Shown here: piece after piece, positions 1 to 10,649 of the stretch
Layout: each line of letters begins with the position of its first letter
Numbering within the stretch: the stretch's first letter is position 1
From: Batkoa obscura
Taxonomy: Eukaryota
Assembly (NCBI GenBank): GCA_030770535.1
Contig: JASVEC010000016.1
Location: 806,001-870,000, forward strand
Length of the DNA stretch: 64,000 bases
Direction of reading: 5' to 3'
The notes under the pieces: model-generated
The model's input: the letters and a program-made list of their open reading frames with translations, nothing else
What the model was told of the DNA's origin: nothing
Database searches by the model: none
Made by a program: the position numbers and the translations under genes

Positions 1-686
1 GCTAACTTATAAACTCTCTCATAATTCAATGGAGGAATCGTTCTGTTTTTCTTTGGTGATAATCCTTTTAATAAGCATTTTCTAGCATGAACAACAATTT
101 CTTTAATATCAGTACCCTTAGTCACCTTATCTACAAAATTGAATATAAACTCTTCAGAGTCTAAATCATCTACTCCCAATCGACATTTTATTGTTATAGG
201 TAATTTATCCTCTACAGATTGCTCCATTGAGTTTATGAGTTGAATTACTTTATCACTATCTTTCATTAACATTGCACCAAAACAACCTGCTTGGACAGCG
301 GTAGAGGGACAACCAAGATTTAAATTAATACCTTGATAATAATTTAAATTGGTAATAATCTTACATGCTTGAGATAATAGATCTTTATCTGAGCCTCCTA
401 ATTGAATGATGATATTATTATTGTTATTATTCTTTAAGTTTTTATCTGTATTTAACAAAAAATTCAAAGTATTATTTTTATACATATTAATGATAGCTCC
501 GCAATGATACATTTCGGTATATAATTGAATGTGTTGATTACCTATTAATTGTAATAGTTTGATAAAATGTGGTGTTGATATATCGATCATTGGAGCTACC
601 GAGATCGTCGGTAAACTGGAATATGATTTATTATTCATTAATCGAATTGGGCTTAATTTTAATATAGTCGTTGTTAATTTATACAT
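1..686 (-). CDS. dusA: tRNA-dihydrouridine synthase, bacterial DusA-like (3' end outside window; intronless in window)
   Basis: Open frame from ATG at 686 to the window edge, absent from the ORF track because it has no stop: MYKLTTTILKLSPIRLMNNKSYSSLPTISVAPMIDIS..LYTEM..IQLGGSD..INLNLGCPS..GCFGAMLM..ITIKCRLGVDD..VHARKCLLKGLSPKKNRTIPPLNYERVYKL. These are Dus catalytic motifs plus the DusA-type LSPKxNRxIPPLxY. Confidence 0.9.
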   Translation of the reverse strand, partial: MYKLTTTILKLSPIRLMNNKSYSSLPTISVAPMIDISTPHFIKLLQLIGNQHIQLYTEMYHCGAIINMYKNNTLNFLLNTDKNLKNNNNNNIIIQLGGSDKDLLSQACKIITNLNYYQGINLNLGCPSTAVQAGCFGAMLMKDSDKVIQLINSMEQSVEDKLPITIKCRLGVDDLDSEEFIFNFVDKVTKGTDIKEIVVHARKCLLKGLSPKKNRTIPPLNYERVYKL

Positions 687-844
687 TTTATTTTATTATT
701 TATATTCTATACACTCTATATTATTTATGTTAAGTAAAAGATAAAATGTCTAATACAAATTTTTTGAAAAATATAAAAAATAAGCCAATCAAATAAAAAT
801 ATTTATAAATTTAATTTATTATTTATTAAAATAATAATATTAAA

Positions 845-2252
845 TTAAATATTCAATTCTGGATTTAATTCATTAATATTATTATAAACTTTATCAACTT
901 TAAGTTTCCAATAAGTTAATTTTTTATCCAATGTTTTTAATTGAACTTGGTCCAAGTATCTTGGCTGAACCCATTCAATTTCTACTTTACTTCCTACTTG
1001 ATCAATAGACCCTTTGATTAATTTTAAACTTAATGCTTTCATAATTAAATGTTCTACTTCATGAATAGGTATTCTACATTCCATACAAATTGATTCAAAA
1101 GAGACACTATGACTATCATTATCTTGTTTAAATAAAAATTCCATTAATCCCATTAAGATCATCTTTTGACGTAATATTACTTTATGTTGTTCTAATAATG
1201 GCTATATAAAATATAAAATAATATTAAGTAATTAGTATTATTATTAAACAAATCATCACTATATTAAACTTACCTGTTTATGAAAAGTAGCCATTAAAGA
1301 ATCTAATTTTCCAATTTCACCATTATTAAATACAATTAACAAATTATATAACCACTCATGTTCTCCACTCTTTAGTACCAAAGAAATAGGATGGGATAAC
1401 TAAATTAATGTGATAAACATAAGTAAATATAACTTAAAAGGACAATATGATGTTATATAATTACAATAAACTTACCAATTCACCAAAATTAAAGATAGTA
1501 TCACCTAAAAGAGCAGCTAAAGAAAGATCATAAGCTCTAGCTACTTTTTCTTGTTGATTTAAATCTTCAATATTAATACAACTTAAATAAAGTAAACAAT
1601 TATAATAATATTTAGTAAAATCTCCATAAGCCTATAGATATATAACATATTAGTTGTCACTCATAAAAATAAATAACGTATAAAAAATAAGTACCTTAAA
1701 ATATTCCGAAGCTACACGATAATAATGAGCGTGTACGATAGTATCCACTTGAGCTAATTTATCTAATACATCTTTACTATTTAATACCTTTTCCTTCACG
1801 CCATCAATATTATTATTTAATAACATTTGGTGAGCAATTTCAATATTAGCTAGAACGAAAGCGTCTTGGGAAGAAGTGTTGTTAACTTTATTAGCTATAC
1901 CATTCAAAAAGTTGATTGACTCCTCTTTATTATCAAAGGATTGAGCTATTGAAATGGAAATAATAACAAATTTTAGCTGATTTAATTTGCCTTGTAAGCC
2001 GTCAATATAATTGAAGTAAAAATTCTTTAAGAAATTGGAATCATTGCTGGTTAAACGTACAATCTCTTCAATCTTTAAGGTTACTTGATGCCACAATCTA
2101 AATAAATGGTTAGTTTGAGTTTTAAATGATAATATATAAACTTACTTTCTTTGGGTTAGTTCGCTCAATTGTTCGAAATGTGGTTTTAATGAATCATCCA
2201 CTTGATTACAAAGTTCATTTAATTGAAGCACTAAGGGGGATTCTAAAGACAT
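845..2252 (-). CDS. RPN9: 26S proteasome lid subunit Rpn9/PSMD13 (multi-exon)
   Basis: ATG at 2252, then LWHQVT, LLGDTIFNFGEL and C-terminal PCI segment EVEHLIMKALSLKLIKGSIDQV..WVQPRYLD; GT-AG introns link the ORF fragments. Confidence 0.93.
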
Positions 2253-2447
2253 TGTTTTTAGGTTTATCTTTTTATTTTGTTAAAAACTAAATTTTGTTTT
2301 TTATCTAACTAAACTTCTAAGCAAAATAAATCGAATTACGTAAGTTTAACAGTTCATTGGTTCAGTGTAAAAGATGAAAAATTTATTCTTTTTGATTTAG
2401 ACAACTTATTTTTATCATTTTTATTATTATTTAATAAACACACAGAA

Positions 2448-2868
2448 ATGGACCCTAACTTTCGACAAAGTTTTGCATGGAGAGCGGGCTGCTTATTAGG
2501 TAATTCACCTTTCATAAACTCTCAATATGTCTAAAAACTAACATAGTCTTGTAGGAGCTAGTGGTGTATTATTAGGAGCATTTGGGAGTCATGGATTAAA
2601 AAAAGTAGTTAATGGTGACTTACAAAAAATAGCAAACTGGAAAACAGCTTCAAATTATCAATTATTACATTCTGTAGTATTATTAATAATTGGTGTTAGC
2701 TCACCAGCTTCTGCGTTAAGCGCAAAATTAATTACTGGCGGCACCCTCGGTTTCTCGGGTTCTATTTATCTTTTAACTTTAAATCCAGTTGCTTTTAAAC
2801 TCCTTGGCCCAGTTACTCCATTAGGTGGTCTGTCCATGATTGCCGGTTGGGTTTCTTTATTGTTTTAA
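2448..2868 (+). CDS. TMEM256: DUF423/TMEM256 family small membrane protein (one intron ~2500-2554)
   Basis: Spliced protein MDPNFRQSFAWRAGCLLGASGVLLGAFGSHGL..WKTASNYQLLH..FSGSIYLL..LGPVTPLGGLSMIAGWVSLLF*; not in the ORF track. Confidence 0.88.
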
Positions 2869-2944
2869 TAAAGGAGAAATAAAGTAAATCATAGTAAGTA
2901 GTATTAGAAAATAAATGATATATATGAATATCTATTTGATTTTA

Positions 2945-4172
2945 TTAAATTGAAACCAAACACAAGCCAATAATTCCCGATAAAATACCAGTTATTAAAC
3001 TAGAAATGAAATTTACCTAAAATCATTATTATAAGCTATAACTATTATGAACAAATAAATCTTTACCATATTATTGTCTAATACTTCATAGCCTGAAATA
3101 AGCTGAGTTGCTTTGTCTTTTTTATCCACAATTTTAGTATTAATAACTTTCAATTTTTTAGTATCATAGTAAGTAGCTTGCAAGGTAGCTCCTAGTAGAG
3201 AATCCAACTAAAATAAAAATAATCGATATCAACATTAATCTCCTTAATAATATAATAATAGTAATCAAAGCTCACCATTGATCCAAATAAACCAGCAAAA
3301 GTAGTGATACCAATCAATTGTAATTTAAATCCACATTGTGGATATTGATAACTTAAACTTAATGCAGCTACTAAACCCATTACTTGTCCCCCCATTAAAG
3401 AAGCTAACGTACCTATCAATGAGATACCTCCATTGGTTCCTGGCGGTACCTTATTTCAATTGATTTAGTAATAATTATAAATAATAAATTAAATTACTTG
3501 TTGAAAAGTAGTGATTAAGTAAGGCCAGTCTGAATTTAAAATACCTAACTCACTTGCCCACTAAAATAAAGAGATTAGTATCATCAGTCTAATTATTAAT
3601 ATCCAGTCCTACTGTATCTCCGCAGCAACAGGCGTAATGGCTAATAATATTATATATAAAACATTATCATCAATATACTAACAAATATTAAACTCACCCA
3701 ATGAAAGCAAAGGTTAAAAAAGTGGCAAAGTTAGCACTTGATAAGCATAGTATATTTGAGATGGTAGTTGAATTATAATTATAAATATAAAGTATAGAAT
3801 AGATTGAAGGTACCAATCCATTACAAAATACTTGAATATAATTCCTTTGTCCACCTAATTTGACTTCTTTTTCTAAATTTGCTTTTTTTTCGTGTTGGAA
3901 CTATATGGATTATTAGTTGATATTTTTGTTACATTTAGATTATTATAGCATGTGATCTTTAGTTTCTACTATTTAAATTAAATTACCTTTGTTAACATAG
4001 AACTTGTAATAAAAAAGGACAATAAAATTAAGGTAAATGATAATTGTTGATTTAAAAAAGTGGCATAACCTACTAACACTGAAGCTGCCATACCAGAAGT
4101 TGATAATGATTTTTTTCGTATACTATAGACGATGATTAATCCCATTAACAAACTTGATTGTATTATATTCAT
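2945..4172 (-). CDS. TMEM19: DUF92/TMEM19 family membrane protein (multi-exon)
   Basis: Motifs [72 protein letters not shown]. Confidence 0.88.
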
Positions 4173-4322
4173 TTTCGATTTTTCTAGATTTTGATATAAA
4201 TTGAGGAATTAAGACTTTTTAAAGTTTCTTAACTTTTTGATTGTTTTGTTCATGTCATTAAAAAATCGAGTTTTTTATATGCAAAAAGAAATTCTCTATC
4301 ATTTTAAACTTAATAATAACAC

Positions 4323-4418
4323 TAAGGATGAATTTTTCTGTTTAAGAATTTTACTACAATCTTTCCACTCAAATAGCGCTTAAAAAATGGAAAAATAATG
4401 AAAAAAAACAGCCCCATT
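4323..4418 (+). mobile_element. ~100-bp MITE family copy
   Basis: ggatg..ttaagaattttacta.caatctttccactcaaatagcgcttaaaaaatggaaaaataatgaaa..cccca. Confidence 0.8.
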
Positions 4419-4427
4419 GATATTATT

Positions 4428-4503
4428 ATAGATTCTGTTTAGAAGTCTCAGTGGATTTTTGAATCATTATATAAATTCACTGAGACTTCTAAACAGAATC
4501 TAT
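4428..4503. repeat. Perfect 26-bp inverted repeat with a 24-bp spacer
   Basis: atagattctgtttagaagtctcagtg (4428-4453) and cactgagacttctaaacagaatctat (4478-4503). Confidence 0.95.
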
Positions 4504-4662
4504 CATATAATATAGCCTAAATGATTCATAAAGTTTGAATTAAACTTAAATAACTTTAATACAATACTTTGTTAAAAACTACTAATTATTAATCTTCACA
4601 ACATTGTCTCAAACCCCTAAAAATTATAGTAAAATCTACTGTCATTTACTAGATCTCAAAGG

Positions 4663-4834
4663 TATTTCTAAAGTAATCCTCCTTTTTAGAAATTTTTTAA
4701 CTTTAAGGATGTAAGATGGCAATGAGTGAATCTTTTCGTATTAAAACACTCTGTTTTTAGATGTCAAAAACATTCCCTGTTGCAACCAATGACCCTTTTA
4801 TTTATTACTAAAAAAGCAGATTACTTTAGAAATA
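4663..4834. mobile_element. Putative second MITE type (~170 bp, 16-bp perfect TIR)
   Basis: tatttctaaagtaatc (4663-4678) and gattactttagaaata (4819-4834), extending to 24/27 matches; a similar end occurs near 50228 (agattactctagaaattaccttataa). Confidence 0.55.
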
Positions 4835-5112
4835 GCCTTATAATCTAATCATATTCAAATTTTTAGCATCACTCTAGAAATTTACTACTGAGAAAAATTC
4901 AGCTTTCAAAATAGTCAAATGAATTACCATCATTTGGTTTGCCTATTTTAAAAAATTCAAAACTTTGGATTTTCTTTAAATTAAAAGCAGATGAATCGTT
5001 TGATCATTTAATAATAGAAAAATAATAATTACATATAAAAAAGCTCAGAAAGTATAAAAGAGTGCCCAATGGCCCTATTGAAACTTAAAATACAATATAA
5101 CTAGACTAAATA

Positions 5113-6591
5113 ATGAAACAACATTTACTATTATTAACTGTAATTTACCAAACTATTTGCTTAAGTGTTTACCCAACCTCCAATAGCAATAATCAACTTC
5201 AACAATGTCTTAATGCAAATATAAAAAATGGGAAACGATTACATTTCCCAGGAGAAGAGTTATATGATAAAGGACTATCACATTGGAACACATATTTAAA
5301 AACAAAACAATTAGACGTTATTACTTCACCATTAGATGAAACTGAGGTAATCAAAACCATTGAATGTGCTAATCAATTCAATAAAACAGTCTCAATAAAG
5401 AGTGGAGGACATTCTTATGAAGGATATTGGATGGGTAATGATCATGGAATATTAATTGATTTAAAATATATGGATGAAGTGAAAATTGATACAGTTAAAA
5501 AAACAGTTCGTGTTGGAGGTGGTACTTTATTAGGCCCTTTAATGGCCAAATTATGGAAAAAAGATAAAGGTGCTTTACCTCATGGTTTACAACAGCAAAT
5601 TGGTATTGGTGGTCATACCTTAGGTGGAGGTTATGGTTTATTATCTCGTAAATATGGCTTATTAATGGATAGAGTAATTGAAATGGATGTTATCTTAAAT
5701 AATGGTAAAAAAGTAGTAGCAAATAAAGATCAGAATAGTGATTTATTCTTTGCTTTAAGAGGTGCTGGCGGTGGTAGCTTTGGTGTAGTAACTTCGTTTA
5801 CTTTTTCTTATATTAACCCCGCCCCTACCCTTAAAGTAGCTCGACTTAAATGGACTGCTGGTACTAATAATTTTACCAGTATCTTCAACTCAATTATGCA
5901 ATATTACAGCTCCAACCCAGATCGTGGCGCAACAATGTATGTTAATTTTGGAGCTAAAGGAAGTATCATTATGGGAGCTACCTTTTCATGCGATACAACG
6001 GAAGAACAAAATGAAGCTTATAAGGCAATGATGAATGTACTAGAACCACCTACTAAAGTAGATACAAGAAATCTTAACTTTATTGATTCATTCTTATTTT
6101 ATTCTGGATTGGGTGGGGAACCAGATAGTGTTACTTTAAATGATTTAGAGATGACTAAACCAGAACCTTATGAGAGATATTTCAAAGGGAAATCTGGTTA
6201 CTTTATCAAAGCTCCACCTAAAGCTGTTGTCGATAAGTTAGGGGAACTATTAGTTAATCATAAACGAGTTGGGTTCTTTTTATTAATTGATTTGCAAGGT
6301 GGTGCTATCAGAGATACAGCTGATGAAGCTACTAGCTTCGATCATAGAAATACACTAGCTTCTGCTCAAATCGCTGCTACTTCAGAAGATGGTGTAGAGC
6401 TAATGAACTCTGTTTATAAATTATTAGAGCCTTATATGCCACAAGCCTATCAAAACTATATTGATAGAGAAGAAAAGGATTGGACAACTAAGTACTATGG
6501 TAATTCAATTGACAAATTAATACTTATTAAAAACAAGTACGATGAAAAAAACATGTTTAGTTTCGAAAGATCTATTCCGCTATTGAAATAA
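5113..6591 (+). CDS. Secreted FAD-linked oxidoreductase, berberine-bridge-enzyme/AA7 oligosaccharide oxidase-like; intronless
   Basis: Hydrophobic N-terminal signal; KSGGHSYEG (FAD-His motif), GGHTLGGGYG, DLFFALRGAGGGSFGVVT, and C-terminal BBE motif YQNYID..YYG..L..IKNKYDEKNMF. Confidence 0.92.
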   Translation: MKQHLLLLTVIYQTICLSVYPTSNSNNQLQQCLNANIKNGKRLHFPGEELYDKGLSHWNTYLKTKQLDVITSPLDETEVIKTIECANQFNKTVSIKSGGHSYEGYWMGNDHGILIDLKYMDEVKIDTVKKTVRVGGGTLLGPLMAKLWKKDKGALPHGLQQQIGIGGHTLGGGYGLLSRKYGLLMDRVIEMDVILNNGKKVVANKDQNSDLFFALRGAGGGSFGVVTSFTFSYINPAPTLKVARLKWTAGTNNFTSIFNSIMQYYSSNPDRGATMYVNFGAKGSIIMGATFSCDTTEEQNEAYKAMMNVLEPPTKVDTRNLNFIDSFLFYSGLGGEPDSVTLNDLEMTKPEPYERYFKGKSGYFIKAPPKAVVDKLGELLVNHKRVGFFLLIDLQGGAIRDTADEATSFDHRNTLASAQIAATSEDGVELMNSVYKLLEPYMPQAYQNYIDREEKDWTTKYYGNSIDKLILIKNKYDEKNMFSFERSIPLLK

Positions 6592-6637
6592 ATAAATCAT
6601 AGTGTATCATTTAATTTTTAAATTGGTACATTTTGTA

Positions 6638-6734
6638 TATGGGCGTTTTTTTTTGTCTAATCATTTTTTCTATTTTTTAAGCGCTATTTGGGTAGAAAAA
6701 TTGCTAGTAAAATCCTTAAAAAACCATCTCTATA
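6638..6734 (-). mobile_element. ~100-bp MITE family copy, 46 bp after the BBE stop codon
   Basis: TA-tgggcg..taagcgctatttgggtagaaaaattgctagtaaaatccttaa..catctc-TA. Confidence 0.75.
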
Positions 6735-6928
6735 TTATTTTCAAGAGATCATTCACTTATACTGCTATAAACAAATTGCGTTTATTTTTTTGCTATACTT
6801 AAAGTTTATTGTTATTTAATTTATACTTTTCCTGTTCAACATAACAAATTAATAAATTAGTGCTTATTTTTGGTTATAATGAAAATATATATAATACTAA
6901 AAGATCAATTTCATAATATAAATAAGTA

Positions 6929-7032
6929 TACGGGGTGCGTTTTTTTAGCTTCATTATTTTTTACATCTTTTAAGCGCTATTTAAGCAGAGGATCGTTAGT
7001 AAAACTCTTGAACAAAAAAACACATCCCCATA
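6929..7032 (-). mobile_element. ~100-bp MITE family copy
   Basis: TA-cggggtg..taagcgctattt..cacatcccca-TA. Confidence 0.85.
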
Positions 7033-7068
7033 CTGTATTTGATTTTTTTTACAAAGCTTGAAGCACTA

Positions 7069-7169
7069 TATGGGGATGAATTTTTCTGTTCAAGAATTTT
7101 ACAACAATCTTTCTGTTCGAATAACACTTAAAAGATGGAAAAAGTAATGAAACCAAAATCATCCTCATA
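7069..7169 (+). mobile_element. ~100-bp MITE family copy
   Basis: TA-tggggatg..atggaaaaagtaatgaaaccaaaatcatcctca-TA. Confidence 0.85.
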
Positions 7170-7748
7170 TGATTTAATTTATTGTATTATCCTATAATTT
7201 TATATATGCTGAGAGTTTTGTATAATACTTAATAAATTTCTTTAGTACTTTGTTTGAAAAGTAATGAAATTTACTTAGATAACAATACAGAATCTACTGA
7301 TTTAACTTTGAAAATCAATAAACAGTTAAATATTTACTCTAATATAAAAAATTATATTTGAACTTATTTGAATTAGCCAAAAAAGATTTGAACTACAAAG
7401 CGCATGCACATAGAGTTCTCATCTCGGCTATGTACACGCTCTAAAGGAAATTAGAGCTAAAAGCCAATCTTCCAATAGGTTTATACTACTGATTATCTGC
7501 ACATAATGTTCTTGCCTTAGCTTATAAGATTATAGATAGGCCTAAATAGCTCAGATCTCGATGGCCTAAACCGTATCTAAATTTGAGAAAGTATCCTAGC
7601 CTTTGAATTTAGTTATTTTATTTGCTCAATTTAAAATGAAAATGATCATGATAGTGTATCGTGTGCTTGGGGGTCTTCCGCTTGTTTTTGCCATACTAAA
7701 AATATTTCTTAGCAAACCTCGGCTAAAATCAGTATAATGCTAAAAAAA

Positions 7749-7850
7749 TACGGGGATGTATTTTTTTGTTTAAGAACTTTACTAACAATCTTTCCGCTCA
7801 AATAGCGCTTGAAAAATGGAGATAATGAAACTAAAAGAAACATCCCGATA
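7749..7850 (+). mobile_element. ~100-bp MITE family copy
   Basis: TA-cggggatg..caaatagcgctt..catcccga-TA. Confidence 0.85.
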
Positions 7851-9649
7851 TTATAATCTTATGAAAATAAAGTTTTGACTAACTTTTAAATATAACCTAC
7901 AGCATAATGTTACTTTTATTGACCTTTAACTAAGGTTGGGAAGTTTAAACATTTTGCTGAAATTTATTGCAATTTAATTTGCAATTTTCTAAAGCCAAAT
8001 TATCTGGTTATTTAGTTTTAAAGTTCAATAAATCTTAATCTAACTTTAGCTAAAATCTCATTTCTAAAGAAATAGCAAATCAAATTTTAATAATGCTGCA
8101 ACAGCTGAATTTTTGTTTTTAGTTATTAAAAATATTAAATTATTGATTTGATTTTTTCAATATAATTGTAATAAATTAAAAATGTTGTATAATTGATATT
8201 TATTATGATTTAATTAATGCATCATAGAAAATATTTTATATTATTTCTATTTATTCTATAATATAAAAAATAGTGCAAGGTTTTAAATATATGAGTGGAA
8301 AGATTGTTAGTAAAATCCTTAAAATACATTCTCAAGTAGCGTTTAAAAATGGAAAAAGTGATGAAATTAAAAAAACATCTTAGAAATTTATTTTCACTAT
8401 TATTTTAGATTTGACTTTAGTTGATCAGTTTAAGCCTAACATTTGTATTATTTGCTTATAAAATTTCAATATATAAATAAAATATCGTAATGACTATTCA
8501 TAAAACTATCTTTTTAACTTTAACATATAAAATTAGTTGATTTGCGTTAAAATTTACAATCGAAAATAAAATATAAAATATAAAATTTATTTAATGCAAT
8601 AGACCTTAGTAAAAAAATTATTACAACCTTAACTTAAATATTAAATTGGTTAGCTTTAATCAATATTTTTTCAAAAAGCAATATGTTTGTACCAGTGTTT
8701 GTTATGAAAAATAAAACAAAATAAGCATAATATTAATAGCTTTTATAAAAATTAAATAGCGTGATTTAAAATAAAAATCATAATAATAGTATTAAAAAAC
8801 TTTACTAAAAAGCTTTGACTTATTTTTAACTAAATAAAGTGGAAAAAGGAAAGTAAAACCCCTTATCCTAAAAAAGCTATAGTTTTGATATTCTAATATT
8901 TTATTAGTGATGATATAAAGTTAGCTTATTAGCTAAAATATTTTAAAACGTAAAGGACAAAAGTCAGATCAAGTTTCTTATTGAGGGTAATTTTATAAAA
9001 GATGGTACAAAGTATTAAAATTTTTGTTAACCAGCATTAATTTTACATCAATGTTCTTTGCTGATTGACTATGGCTTTTTTAAAACTTCATAGGGAAATA
9101 TTGTAACTTTTTTTCAACTTTGACTCTGTATACCTAAAACGACCAGTTCGTCTTTTAAGCATTTTTTCTTAAGTTGAGATTTTATGTAATCTATAAGACA
9201 AAAATAGTTTATCATATTCAAGTATACTATTGTTGTATCAACGTTATTTAAATCTAAACATCTAGATTTATTATTAATCAAGAATAATTGCATATTTTGG
9301 GCGAGAGTATTATGACTAAATAGCATCTAATAGCATGTATTCAACAGGATGCAAACAATAGTTTATGCTCTGTATTTAAGTAGCTAATAAAAAATAAAAA
9401 AATATTAAATACAAAATGACTACTGATAATTTGATTTTTATACATAGGTAAATTTAAAGAACTTATTAAAAACTAGATATTTTTGATTTAATTTAGGTTT
9501 ATTATTAAATCCACAATCAACAATAAGCAAAAAAGTCAAAATTTCATACAACTTGCTCCAAATTTATAACTTTTGCAGTAATTAAATCTAGACAAAAATT
9601 GAACTTTGGATTAGTTTGAACCTATTTTTGACATTAATCAGAGTAATCT

Positions 9650-10649
9650 ATGGACAATACCGACTTTGATGAAACAGATTTATACCCTTCAAGTTCCAAG
9701 AGTTTTATCAATAAGCCCAAAGCTGTCTTAGAAACGAACAATTATGAGAAGCTAACATTTAAACTAAAATTAAGGTTTCAATCTGGAAAAGATTTGGAAA
9801 TTACAATCAATGGTATAAATAACACTTTTAAAAATATTAAAGACTTGGTATTATTTTTCTTATCCATTATATTAATTACAGATTAATCTTTTATTTAGGC
9901 GTCAAAAAAAATACATGTAGAAGACTCACGTTATATACGCTTAATTTACCAAGGAAAAATACTAAAGGAAGATAATAACGTTTTTGAACTGATTGAAAAA
10001 GTGAATAAGGAACAAGATATCGCCACAGAATCTATTTCAAGCCATCTAAAATACGGAAGCACTGATCATCCTATTCCATTGATGTATCAAAGTAACCACG
10101 GTTTTATAGGCTCTTTAAACTCGCCAATAGTAATCCAAGCTATGATTTTAGAATCCTTACCAAATAATGAAGAGCCCGAGGTAATGGTTATAACAATTGA
10201 ATAATAATAAACCTAATGTTATCAGTTAAAACAAATTGTACCATCTACCGGATTTGATAGGTTGAGAGAGGCTGGTTTTTCAGAACAAGATATTCATCAG
10301 CTTCGACAACAATTTCAAATGGCACATAATATTGACGGTACTACTAACGATCCTGAAGAACAAGATAGAAATCGAAGGCTTGAGGAAGCTTGGATTGATA
10401 ATACAAACCAAACGTTACCAGATGGTATTGCTATTGGTTGCTATTATCAAATGGTTCAAGGAATGGTATTGGGTTTCTTTGGTTCCTTCATAGCAGTTGT
10501 TTTTATTAGTGATAAAATGTTTACTAGATATCAACAGTTAGGTAAGGTTTTGTTTGAATTTTGAATTATTTGAGCTAAACTGTTTTTAAGGGCTTGCGTT
10601 CGGATTTTTAATTAATATTGGATTTGGATGTATTTTGGCCATTCAATAG
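9650..10649 (+). CDS. DSC3: DSC E3 ubiquitin ligase complex subunit 3-like (ubiquitin-like N-terminus, DUF2407 C-terminus, TM tail); 4 exons
   Basis: YIRLIYQGKIL (UBL), GFDRLREAGFSEQDIHQLRQQF, LEEAWIDN, GMVLGFF; introns at ~9848, ~10181 and ~10542. Confidence 0.8.

Noticed and set aside
6602..7061. Short ORFs 6602-6802 and 6870-7061 (also 31067-31249)
   Set aside because: They are translations of MITE or pseudogene sequence.
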